DNA of 62,126 nucleotides, the filler included, from Basidioascus undulatus (taxonomy: Eukaryota): NCBI GenBank assembly GCA_000826855.1. It is 5 parts of 5 records of this genome, joined end to end, with 100 filler letters (N's around TTAATTAATTAA, not from the genome) between each part and the next. Parts side by side here need not be neighbours in the genome. Positions count along the whole stretch, not along the records: positions 37,351 to 49,689 come from JTLS01000917.1; positions 49,790 to 62,126 come from JTLS01000918.1; 3 more parts are not named here. One strand, written 5' to 3'. This document shows, one piece after another, positions 39,513 to 52,338 of the stretch (position 1 is its first letter; each line of letters opens with the position of its first letter). Under the pieces are notes generated by a model, which was given only the letters and a program-made list of their open reading frames with translations, did not search any database and was not told where the DNA came from. The position numbers and the translations under genes are program-made.

Positions 39513-41982
39513 ATGTCCGCAGACAAAGCAGGCGACGACGGCTGGATCACCGAGACCGCTACCCCTGCCGCAGGGGACAAGTCCGCCACCGCTGCCTCCG
39601 CCGCGCCCGACGCGGCGGACGCGCTCGCGATGCGCATCAAGGGGCTGAGCACGGGCGAGAAGAAGGAGGGCGAGGGCGAGGGCGGGGCGGAGCCGGAGGA
39701 GAAGAAGGACGGCGAGGCTGCGAAGGCGGAGAAAGAGGTGAGCCAGCTGATCGAGAACCGGTATGAGGTTGCGGTGCGTGCGCTTTCTGGTCTTGCTTTG
39801 CTTGCGCTGGCGGGGCTGATGGGCTGGTGTGGATGCGGTGTGATAGGTTACCCTCGCCGACCAACAAGCGGACCCAAACTCCCCGCTCTTCTCCGCAAAG
39901 ACCTTCGAGGAGCTCGGCCTGTGCGTCTTCCCCACTCCCCCCTTCTTTCCCTCTGATCGCCGAACCCGGGGGAGAACAGGCATGAGAACCTCCTTAAGGG
40001 CATCTACGCGATGAAATTCCAGAAGCCCTCCAAAATCCAAGAACGCGCTCTCCCCCTGCTCCTCCAAAATCCGTGTGTCGGCCCCTCCGTCTTCCCCCCT
40101 CCTCCCTCTCCTTCTCTCCTCTGCCACGCCTCTTTCAGTCGGAGGAAGCACCGCGTGCTGATGGAGGAATGGCGGATCGATGTCAGCCCCCGCAACATGA
40201 TCGGCCAGTCCCAGTCCGGCACGGGCAAGACCGCCGCCTTTGCGCTCACCATTCTCTCGCGCATTGACTACTCCGACCCGAACCCTCAAGTGCGTGCCCA
40301 CCCCTCACCTCCCCTCTCCCAACTCCCATTTCCTCTCCCCTTCCCTTCCCCCGCTCCCTTCTCATCCCCTTCCCTTACCCCTCCCCTCCCCCGTGCTTAC
40401 CCTCTGCCTCGCCCCGCTCGACAGGCGATCATCCTCTCCCCCTCTCGCGAGCTCGCGCGGCAAACCATGTCCGTCGTGCAGCAGATGGGCAAGTACACGT
40501 CGGTAACGACCGGGTACGCGATCAAGGACAGCGTCGAGCGGGGCGTGAAGCTCGAGGGGCAGGTCATTGTCGGCACGCCGGGGACGCTGGTCGACGTCGC
40601 CAGGAAGGGGCAGATCAACCTCAAGAGCATCAAGATCTTCGTGCTTGATGAGGCGGACAACATGCTTGACCAGAGCGGGATGGGCGACCAGAGTATCAAG
40701 GCGAAGAAGTGGGTCCCCTCGCGCCTTTCCCCTTCTTTACTGTCTATCGTTCGCGAATGCTGATTACTGGGAGCGAACGCTTGAAGCCTCATCCCCCGCA
40801 CCGCCCAAATCATCCTCTTCTCCGCAACCTTCCCCGACGTCGTCCGCAACTTCGCGGCCAAGTTCGCGCCCGGCGCGAACGAGATCCGCCTGCGGCAGGA
40901 GGAGCTGAGCGTCGAGGGCATCCGGCAGTTCTACATGGAGTGCGTCGTGGCTTTCCCTTTCCTCTTGCCCTGGGTTGGTGCTGATGCGGGTGCGGGTGCG
41001 GGTGCGGGTGCGGTGCGGGGAATAGCTGCTCGAGCGAGGAACACAAGTACGAGGTCCTCGTGGAGCTGTACCAGCTCTTGACGATCGGGCAGTCGATCAT
41101 CTTCGTCAAGGTGCGTTTGGCGCTCCTCCGTCCGTCTTCCTCCTCCGTCAGACCCCGCTCATCCCCTTCCTTTCTGCGCCTCCCCACTCCCCACCTCATC
41201 CATCCGCACCCCACCCCACATCCCCTCGATCCCTCACCTGCCCCACCCCGCACCCGCACCCCCCAACAGCGCCGCGAGCAAGCGGACGAGATCGCGCGGC
41301 GGATGACGGCCGAGGGGCACCGGGTCGTGTCCCTGCACGGGAAGCAGGAGTCGTCCGACCGCGACGCGACGATCGACTCCTTCCGCGAGGGCAAGACAAA
41401 GGTCCTCATCACCACGAACGTCATCGCGCGCGGGATCGACATCATGCAGGTTAACATGGTCGTACGTCGTTTTCTCCGGGGGAGGGAGGAAGATGGGTGC
41501 TGAGTGGGTGAGGGTCGGCAGATCAACTACGACATGCCCACTGACTCGCACGGCCGGCCGGACCCCGAGACGTACTTGCATCGTATCGGTTCGTTTCTCC
41601 CTCCCACACCCTTCCCCTTCCCCCATTGAATGACTGACTGAGGACTGGGGACTGAAAAGGCCGCACGGGCCGCTTTGGGCGCAAGGGCGTGTCGATCAAC
41701 TTTGTGCACAACCACAAGACGTGGCAGGAGATGCACGCGATCGAGGAGGCGCTCAAGATCCAGATCCAGCCCGTGCCGACGGACGACTTTGAGCAGATGG
41801 AGAAGGTGCGGTTGACGGCCCTGCTCTTTCCGACTCCCTCCCTGCCCGCCCTTCCCTTTTTTGCTTCACACCCTGTCCTTCCCTTTCTTCCCTTTGTGTG
41901 CTCCTGGCATCCTGGGAGCCAGACGCTGATTGGGGTGGGATGCGGCGGTGGACAGACTATCAAGAAGGGGTTGAAAGACTGA
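39513..41982 (+). CDS. DBP5: DEAD-box RNA helicase Dbp5/DDX19 (mRNA export)
   Basis: [115 protein letters not shown]. Confidence 0.96.
40985..41019 (+). repeat. (TGCGGG)n hexamer microsatellite inside a DBP5 intron
   Basis: Four perfect units, then TGCGG and TGCGGG. Confidence 0.8.
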
Positions 41983-42495
41983 GGATGGGGAGGGTGGACT
42001 CGGCTTCTAATGAATCAATCACAAAAACTTCGATTTCTTGCGTGAGTGCACGGCGAGGTTTGGTGCACCATGCAGACGGTCTGACGACGCCTAGCCCGAA
42101 TGCAGATAATCCATACACTTCGAACTGCTGCATGCACATCCTTGCATTGCCCCTGGCTGCACTCGGCAATTGTTCTGGATGTCGATCGCTTTTAGCTGCC
42201 GACTTTCGATCGCAATGCTCACTTCAGCCATTTCGGGACGATGACCGGGCTACCGGAGGCGGCGTGCCAGCCCTGTTTTGGACTGCTCTTTCACTTTCGC
42301 GGGGGACGGATGCGGACGCGGATGCTTATCGTCGCGCGCTGCTCCCCAGCCTTCTTTCTTGCGCCCGTTACTTAACTGCCCGGGCGCTCACTTCTGTTTC
42401 TTCACTCTTGGCCGTGCACCTTGCATTTACCGCATTCACTACAGTCCTCACCGCCTGCAATCCCGCCTCGCAACTCTCGACTTCGTCCAACCATC

Positions 42496-43965
<1,470 letters not shown>

Positions 43966-45361
43966 AGTGGTGGCTTTGGACGCTGAGCGATTCGCTGTGA
44001 TGGGTTGCTGTACGTGTGCAGGCACATGCTGTTCATGAGTGCTTGGCAATCGATGTTCATGTGGATGTGCACTGGACCGATTCCAAACGGTCGAGGGAAG
44101 CTTCCGTGAGAGCTTGGACGTGGTACACCATCTGTACGGCCTTGACTTCCTCTTTCACTGCCTGCGCATCTTCCCGGGAAAATGCTTCGACAGGGAAGAA
44201 TTCTTAGCATGGAAAAAAACACCCGTCATCTAATACCCCACCTCGGCCATAAACCCGCCGTCGCCCACAACATGGTCCACCAGCTCGTACCCCTTCTCCA
44301 CGCCTTCATGGCACATGTTTACAACGAAGATGAGCGTGGTGTTGATTATGAGGATGGAGTCAAGCGTAAGAATCGCGGTAAGTGGAGCCGCAGACTTCGA
44401 CTTCGGAAAGAAGGAAGGATGGAAGTCCTGTATGAGGAGTAAGCGATAGGCGAAGGAGCCAGCATGTTTACAGCTCGTCTGTTTCAGACCACTGCGCCTG
44501 CGTGCCTGTCCCTTCTTCACAACCCTCCCAGCAACGCTCACTCGATTTCTTATCTCATCCATCTGCTCGCCACTCCAACTCCCCGAAAACCCCCTCGCAT
44601 CTCCCTCTTCTCGCCGCCGTTCCACCCAACCTAAAACGCTTGCTCCGCCACTTGCCTCCCCATGCTGCAGCTTGTCTTTCAGCAGACTTTTCTTATATAG
44701 ATGGAATAAACTCTTTGACTTCGACAATGATTGAAAATTTGAAATCCATCAAGGCCAATGCAGCACGGGAACCTTGCGAGCCACTGGTCGAGCATAGAAA
44801 AGGCACCGGACCAGTTCCACTGCTGGGTGGACATGGGCCCGCTGTGGTGCTTCTCCGGCTATGCAAAAGAAACGAGCCATCTCACATCGTGTACTTGAGG
44901 GTTGAAGAGGGTCAAGAGTGCTTGTTAAAACTTATACCCAGGCATTCCCAGATGATTGAAGCTGTAAGCAATGCTGGTGAACGTTTGAAAGGGGGGGTGT
45001 CTCAGGTGTTGCCAGGCCTGCAGTGTTAGTACTGTCGCTTTGCCCAGCCATCAAAGCTCACAGAAACTCGTTCGCATCCACAAAACGAGATAACGAAATG
45101 AAATTGCATGGTGATACATAGTCAACAGGAAGGGAAAGCTCAGACTGGGGCGCCTACGCGACTTCACTGCACGAGCCTGAACGTCCGCCAGCAGGCTGTT
45201 CCGATCCTGCCTGCACACTGCCCCTTGCCCCTCCCCACTCACCAGCTCGGCTTGCACTCCCACCGCGTTATCGCTACCACCACATTCATACATATCCACC
45301 TCCCCAATCCTCAATTCACACTACACACTCCAGACCCCCTCATAGACACCAACAATCGAGA

Positions 45362-46860
45362 ATGAGGTGGCCCGAGACGGCGAGGACGATCGCCGAGCAG
45401 GAGCGCGCGCACGAGCGGTCAGTGACGCTGACGGACCAGCTCGCCGCAAGCTGCCGCGACGTCCAGGAGGCCTAGAACCCAGCGTGGACCGCCTTGAGTC
45501 TCCTCGCCAACGATACAACAAGGCTATGATCCAGAGCGAGTTCGCCAAGGCGGCGGAGCAGAATGCGACACGCCTCGAAAGTCAGCTCGGCGATGCTCTC
45601 GATCGCGAGCGCTCCCTCATCGAGCAGGCGCAGGCGGCGGACGTCGAGAAGCAGCGCTTCGCCGAGCAGCTCGAGATGGCCGTCAAGTCGACGGCGACGG
45701 CGGAGGGGGGGAAGGCCGGTCTCCGCCACGAGGCTGTCGAGGCCAAGCGCCAGGCGACGTCGTTCGAGTCCGAGCGCGACGCCGCGCGGTCCGAGGTCGA
45801 GCGCCTCCAGAGCACGATCGAACAAGACGCCTGATCGCCGCTGCTACTCAGGCCGAGCACGAGCGCGAAAAGTCGGTTTTGAAGGGCGAGCTGGAGGCGA
45901 TGCGGCGCGAGTTGGATGCTGCGCGCCGACAAGGCGGAGCTGGAGCGGGCGAGGTCGAGCGCGCCGGTGCAGATACAGCACGAGCGGGGCGCTGAGATCG
46001 AGCAGATCGTCACCAGCAACGCGTCCGCCGCGGTTGGGACGACTTCCGGCGGCGGCGCTGCAAGCGCGAGCCGCGAGGCGGGACAGCAGGTCGCGTCAGG
46101 GGATGGGTCGGGCTCGGGAAGGACCCCTGTCGGGCGCGGGGACTCTGAGTTTACACGGGAGACGCTCCCATATTAGCTTTGCTTATGATTTCACGAATGC
46201 CTCTTCCTTCCCTTCCAGGCCTGCGCTCTCCTCGCGGACTCACGCGCGCCCGCCAGCGATCTCATGGCGGCGGCCCCAGCCCCTCGCACGCGCCGCCGCC
46301 GGCTGCGCACATGGGTGGCGCCAGTGGGCGTCCGCTGCCGGATATGGTCGACGATGGGGAGGAGCAGGAGCAGGAGGATGAGGACGTGATCATGGTCGAG
46401 CAGGAAGACGGTGCTCACGAAGGGCCGAACCAGGGTGCACAGGAGCGTCTCCGGCCCGGTTGTCCCGGCGTCTTCTAGCTCCGATCCTAACGTTATCCTA
46501 ACGCCATTGCCTCCTTCCCTTCATTTATCCCCCCCCCCCTTTCCCCTATACCATGTTTTCGTCGATTTCCCCATCACAGAACAATGGCAATGTCGCCCGC
46601 TCGCCCACGCCCGCGCAGGGCGCGTCTTACGAGGACGAGTGGCACCCGCAGCACAACGTCGACGACGACCGATTTGAGCAGGAGGAAGGCGTAAGGGAGG
46701 AGGCTGGGGAACAAGAAGAAGGTACGTTTAATCTTCTTTGAACGCCTCAATCCAAGCCAATATTACGTTGCCACCCCTAGCTGCTGATCCGGCCAAGCGC
46801 CGCCGCGCCAACGCATCCGGCAGCTCGCTTTCAGCTTCAGGCGACGTCGTCGTGCAGCAG
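45362..46860 (+). pseudogene. Frameshifted coiled-coil/acidic protein of unknown family
   Basis: E/A/R/Q-rich helical segments (RLESQLGDALDRERSLIEQ; EHEREKSVLKGELEAMRRELD; LRADKAELERAR) lie in alternating frames, with stops at about 45472 and 45832. Confidence 0.45.
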
Positions 46861-47389
46861 GTGTGTCTTGCGCTTTTCATCTGTATGTAGTTCGGACCCC
46901 ATGCTGAACAGGGACGGGATGCTGCAGCCTGGTAGAAGCCGTCTTCGCTCGGCTAAGGGCAAGCCGGGCCACTCTGACCTCTCAAGGAATAAGGCACACT
47001 GACATTGCAATCGGCCCTCGATCTTCTTCGTGTCTTCCATCTGATTTATGACGAAGAAAGGATGTGCCACCTGTTCAGGCAACGTTGCTCATGGGGAGGA
47101 CTGCCCTCGATCTTACACAGCCACGCCGCTAGTCCCTGGTATCTTTGGAATGGCAGTGATAAAAAAAAAACCCCCGAGCAGGTCTTAAGCCATCCAGCCA
47201 GGTTCAAGCCGGCGCAGCCTTGTCCTATCAACCAGCAAGTGCCCAGCCGTGCAGCCTGGATGCAGCGGCCGCTGCTCGCTGCGCAAGAAGCTCCCCAGTA
47301 TATAACCCCCAGCTCTCTGTCCCAACAGTCCTACATCCAGCCCATCCAATTCTAATCAACCAATCTTCAAACTCCTCAATCTTCCAGAA

Positions 47390-48123
47390 ATGCGCGCCGC
47401 CCTCGTCCTCTCCGTCCTCTCCCTCTCCACCTCCACAGCGTTCGCCGCGGCGCTGCCAGGGTTCCACACCGGCATGGGCAGTGGGCCGCTTGTGGCGAGG
47501 GATTGGCATAAGAGTGATCATCATAAGAAAGAGGTGAAATATTGGTAGCTGCGATAACCACATCATGAGCTGCAGATAACTGTTTTCGCCGCAGCATCAC
47601 GAACCGAAGCACTACTTCAAGAAGGTCGAGCACAAGCCGAAGAAGCACTACCAGCCGAAAAAGAAGGTCGAGCGCAAGGTCGGTCATCTCTTCCCTGTCT
47701 CTCTCGTCCACTTACTCCTCCATATCTCACAATCTCGAGCGCAGCCGAAGGAGGTAGTGAAAGTCGTCGAGAAGCCAGTCTACAAGGTCATCGAGAAGCC
47801 GGTGATCAAGGAAAAGATTGTGGAGAAGCCCGTGGAGGTTATCAAGTATGTGGAGAAGCCGGAGAAGAATAAGGAAGAGAAGAAGGAGAAGAAGAAGGAC
47901 CAGAAAAAAGGTGCGGTTCAGCTGGGTCCGGAGTGTCGCCCGTGTAGTCGGAAAGGGCGCGCTGACATCATTTGCGTAGAAGGAGAACAAGGAGAAGGAT
48001 GAGAAGGATGAAAAGAAGGAGGATAAGAAGAAGGAGGACAACGATGACAACGATGAGAACAACAGCCGAAACAGCGACGGTTCCAACGGCGACTCCGACG
48101 GCAACGACGGTAGAAACTCATAG
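47390..48123 (+). CDS. Small secreted His/Lys-rich protein with VEKPV repeats and a charged tail
   Basis: TATA-like TATATAA at about 47299; signal peptide MRAALVLSVLSLSTSTAFA; LVAR then DWHKSDHHKKE; KVVEKPVYKVIEKPVIKEKIVEKPVEVIKYVEKP; 3 GT-AG introns. The last exon reads KENKEKDEK...NS* only if the A6 run at ~47904-47909 is A5. Confidence 0.7.
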
Positions 48124-49470
48124 GAGTTTTCCTTTGTTCCCTCCCCTCGCGTTCCTCGTTAGCCGGAACGTAATGGAAACGCATATTTCGAGCTGTACCC
48201 AGTCGCTGAAACGACTGCGTTCTGAGCGACGAAGAAAGGCTGGCGCTGGGCAGAGGGGGTAGGACGTGTAGGACAGCTGAATCATTGTATTCGAGAGAAC
48301 TGGGTGCCGTACGTCGAGCCAGCCGTGTCGCCTTGCGTGCGTAGGTGTCGGGAACCAGTACTGTCGTCGCCGCACAGCACGACAGCGTCGTAGCCTTCTC
48401 AGGGAACGACGCCGAGCCGTTGGCAGCGTCCGCTACCAGTATCAGAAAGACGCAGCGCAGCTTTGGTTTAAACAAGCTCCACTCTTTACAGAGAGGATGG
48501 CTCTCTGCACGATTGTGAAGACTGAAAGCGGAGGTCGAGTTCTAGCGAGGCGGACCCCCGCTGGACTTGGCGTTGGGTGCGAGCGGCGATCGAACGGGAT
48601 TGTGGCAGGCGAAAGGAGAGAGGGGACGATGGCTCAGGACAGCTTCAGTCCAACAAACCACGCACTGCTCCCGGACCGGATGGGTTTTGGCGTGAGTCCG
48701 AAGGCTGAGACGAGACGCGGTCGGCGGGAGCTGGGCAGCAGGCGTTGGACTGGAGGGGATTTGATGGGGAGAGGAGGGGACGAAGGCGGTGAGTGCGTTG
48801 CATATGTGCAAGGGGTGAGGGGACAAAGCGTGCTGCGTCGGGCAGCTTCGGTCTGAACAACCCACCCCTTGCTCCCAGACCCAACAGTCTCCCCTTGGCC
48901 GGCCGGGCGGACACGAGCGGTGCTCGGCGCTGTACTCGAGTTGAGTTGGGTGCGAGCGGCGATCGAAGATGGGAGAGGAGAGGAGAGGAGGGATGATGCG
49001 CTCGAGTGCGCGTGTGAGGAGAGAGGGGACGACGCGTCGGGCAGCACCATATCAGACCACAGATCCAGCCCGCATAGTCTGCGCGTGAGTCGGAAGGCGC
49101 AAGGCCGCGAGAGCGATGTGGCCTCGGGCCACGTTTCTCTCGAAGGGGGTGCGATCGAATATGAGCGAACGAAGGAATTGATACCCTCGGATGCCTCGAG
49201 TGAGGGACACGAGATAGACGAGATGAGACGGGCGGGACTGCGTGCGCGAGGATATTGATGAGAAAGGCGGCGAGGAGATCTGCGATGGTGCGCTACTTAG
49301 GGATGGGAGATCGGTGTTGCAGGATGGACGTGAGGCTCGTGAGTTAGGCGTAATCAGCAAGTAAGCAAGGTCAGTCTGGCTGAGTCCGAGCACGATGCGA
49401 CGCCCTCAGCGTCGCACCGCGCTTCGTCCTTGAGACGTGCCACACAACATCCTCATTCCCAAGTAACGCA

Positions 49471-49689
49471 TTACTGATCAACTCTTCAACCGCAAAAAGG
49501 TCAGCCCCCGTCTCTCCCACCCCCAACCCCTGCCTCGCACGTACCTCTTCAAATCAACCAGCCCCCTCATAACATCCCGCACCTCCAAGCACTGCGCGAT
49601 CGCCGCCCCCAGGGGGTTTGCGGGCCCTGCAGACTGGAGGATGGGCGGCGTCTTGACTTCGATTATGTAGCTGCCTGTGGGGTCGAGGG
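49471..49689 (-). CDS. MED18: Probable C-terminus of Mediator subunit Med18/Srb5, truncated by contig end
   Basis: LDPTGSYIIEVKTPP...IAQCLEVRDVMRGLVDLK, intron, RVDQ*; resembles the Med18 C-terminus from memory; short fragment. Confidence 0.5.
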
Positions 49690-49789
49690 NNNNNNNNNNN
49701 NNNNNNNNNNNNNNNNNNNNNNNNNNNNNNNNNTTAATTAATTAANNNNNNNNNNNNNNNNNNNNNNNNNNNNNNNNNNNNNNNNNNNN
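49690..49789. other. Artificial contig linker
   Basis: N44-TTAATTAATTAA-N44. Confidence 0.98.
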
Positions 49790-52338
49790 TTCACGGCTTG
49801 CTGTTTCTCCTCTCCCAGCATCGGCGCGAGCGACAGCGGGCGCTTGTTGAGTGTGAGGGGGAAGCGGCGGGCCTCGGCGGGCTGCTCAGGCTCCACAGTC
49901 GCTTTCGCGCTCGCCGTCGCGTTCGTGTCGTTCGAGGCCTTCTCCTTGTCCTCGTCCTCCTTCTTCTCCTTGTCCTTGCCGCCGCCAAAGAGGCCCTTGA
50001 GCTTACCTGTCCGCCATGCCGGAGTAAATATTAGCATCAAAGCTGGGCGGGAATGGCGAAAAGTGCGCAAAGTAGAAGAAAGGAAGAACACACCGGCGAT
50101 CCCGCCCGCCTTGCTGGGCGGAGCGACGAGCTCGGCGCCAGAGACGAAGACCATGCCGTTCTCGGTGTACTCGACGTAGACCTCAACAGACGTTTCGGAC
50201 GCGTCCACGTCCGTGACGTTCTTGAGCGCGGCCGCGACCGCGTCGTCGGCGACGCGCGCCTCGAGGTAGTCGCGTGGGAGCTCGCTGATCAACCACCGGG
50301 GTGAGTCAGCTGGGTGCGGGGAGGGCGAGAGGGAGAGAAGGAGCGGAGGGGAAGAAAAGAGACTTACGAAGGAACGACCTCCGGCCCGTACGACACGCTG
50401 ACTGCGATCTCGCCCTGGCTAGACGGGAACGCGATCGTCCTGCGTACGCCGGCCAGCTCAAAGTGCTTGACGATCTGGGTGGTCTCCGGTTCTGTCCGCG
50501 CCCCAACCCTAGCATCAGCATCTCCTCCTTCCCCTGCTCCGAAAACGAAGAAGGAAAAAGGACCCACTCCCGCCCTTTTCGTACCCCGCCAGCAAGTCGT
50601 ACACCGCGATGTCCTCCACGCGGACCGCCTTCGTCCGGAACAGCGGGCTCTGGCTCGCCCCGTAGAACGCCGCGCCGAGGACGGCAGCTTCGTCCGCGTT
50701 CACGTTCTGGGCGATCTTCTCGCTGTTGCCCACCCCACCCATGCCTCAGGTCAGTCTCCTTTTCAAACCGGGGGACCATGAGAGGTGGGAGAAGGAAGGG
50801 AGGACAGATGGACGCACTCGCCAACCAACTGCCGAATCGCGTCCTGCACCTGGGGGATGCGCGATGCGCCGCCGGTGATGATGACCGAGTCGACGTCGCC
50901 CTGTCACCCCGCCCACCTTCATCAGCCAAACACCACAGGAGGGAGCAGGAGTGACGGAGAGGGACGCACGATCTCGAGCCCTGCGGCGTGGAGCGCGTCG
51001 ATGATGGGCTTTGTCCAGCGCGCGCGATACTCGGCTGCCGCGTCCTCGAACTCTTGCCGCGTGACGTGCGTCCGGAGGTCGAGCTCTTCGTAGAGGGACT
51101 CGATCTGTGTATCCATCGACGTTGCGTTCAGTCCGAAAACAGAAAAAACCAAGCAAAGGGCAAAGATGGAAAGACGCGAAGGGAATGAGGATCCAACTCA
51201 CCGCGACGACCGCCTCGCTATTCGCGCTCAGAATATGCTTGACCCTATTCGCCTCCTTCAGGAGCTTCGCCCACGTGCGCCCATTCTTCCTCCACGCCGG
51301 ATCGAGCCCGCCCTTCCCGAGCTTCTGCTCCTCGAACTTGTGCGCGATGATCTCGCGCAGGACGTGGTCGAGGTCGAGCCCGCCCAGCCGCGCGTCGAAG
51401 CCGTAGCCTTTGACTTGAATGACCGTCTCGTTCTCCGCCTTGGCCTTGGCGGAGGCTTTCTTGGACTTGGAGGGGAGCGGGATGCTAGAGAACTTGGCGA
51501 GCGTGGCCCGGAGGGAGCCGTGCCCGGCATCGTAGATCAGGTGCGTGGAGCCCGAGGTGGGGAAGGTCCGCGTCATGGCGTAGTTGATGGCGACTGAGGA
51601 GGGGAGAGAGGCGTGAGATGGTGGGAAGGTGGAGAAGGGAGGGGAGCGAAGGGAGGGACGACGCACCAGACGTCCCGTCTTGGACGAGCGCGAGGGGACG
51701 CAGGCCGGCAAGGTCGAGCGCGTCGAGGACGGCTTGGCGTTCGTAGGTGGAGAAGAAAGCGGGGATCTGTGTGCGGGAAGGAGATAGTTGGGATAAGGCG
51801 TAATAGGAGAGGAGATGAAAAGGTGTGTGAGGCAGGAGAGAAGACGCACCGAGACGACCGCCTCCCTGACCAGCTCGCCCGCAACGCCCTCCGCGAGCTC
51901 GCGCGCATACGCAAACTGCATCGCAACAATCTCCTCGACGGCAAATGTCTCGCCATCCGGGCGACGGACATCGATCGTGCCCCTCTTGTTCTTCTCGAGG
52001 GGCACACTGGGCCACACGGCGCTCCACCGCTTCTCGTCCGTCGACTCTCCCTCGAGCTTACCGAGCAGGAGCTTCATCGCAGAGTACGAGCTCGCGGGGA
52101 AGCGGGTCTGCGCGGCGGCTGCCTCGGCGCCGAAGACGCGGTCCTGGGACGGCTGCTTGAAGGCAACGGTGCTGTGGATCTTGCGCTTGGAGTCGCGGTC
52201 GAGGACGACGTCGAAGGGCACGCCGGGCTTAATGAGGGAGACTTTGAGGGACTCGGTGCCGTAGTCGAGGGAGAGGACGGAGGCGAGGGAGAGGGTGAAG
52301 AGCGCACTGAGCGCGAGGAGGAGCGGGGCGAGCCGCAT
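49790..52338 (-). CDS. LHS1: ER lumenal Hsp70-family nucleotide exchange factor Lhs1/Grp170, 3'-truncated
   Basis: Signal peptide then VLSLDYGTESLKVSLIKPGVPFDVVLDRDSKRK, AINYAMTRTF, LIYDAGHGS, LLKEANRVKHILSAN, IITGGASRIPQVQ, IAQNVNADEAAVLGAAFYGA. Confidence 0.92.

Noticed and set aside
49471..52338. Treating 49471-49689 as the 3' end of LHS1
   Set aside because: A linker separates them, the fragment has no HDEL/KDEL-type end, and it resembles Med18 instead.
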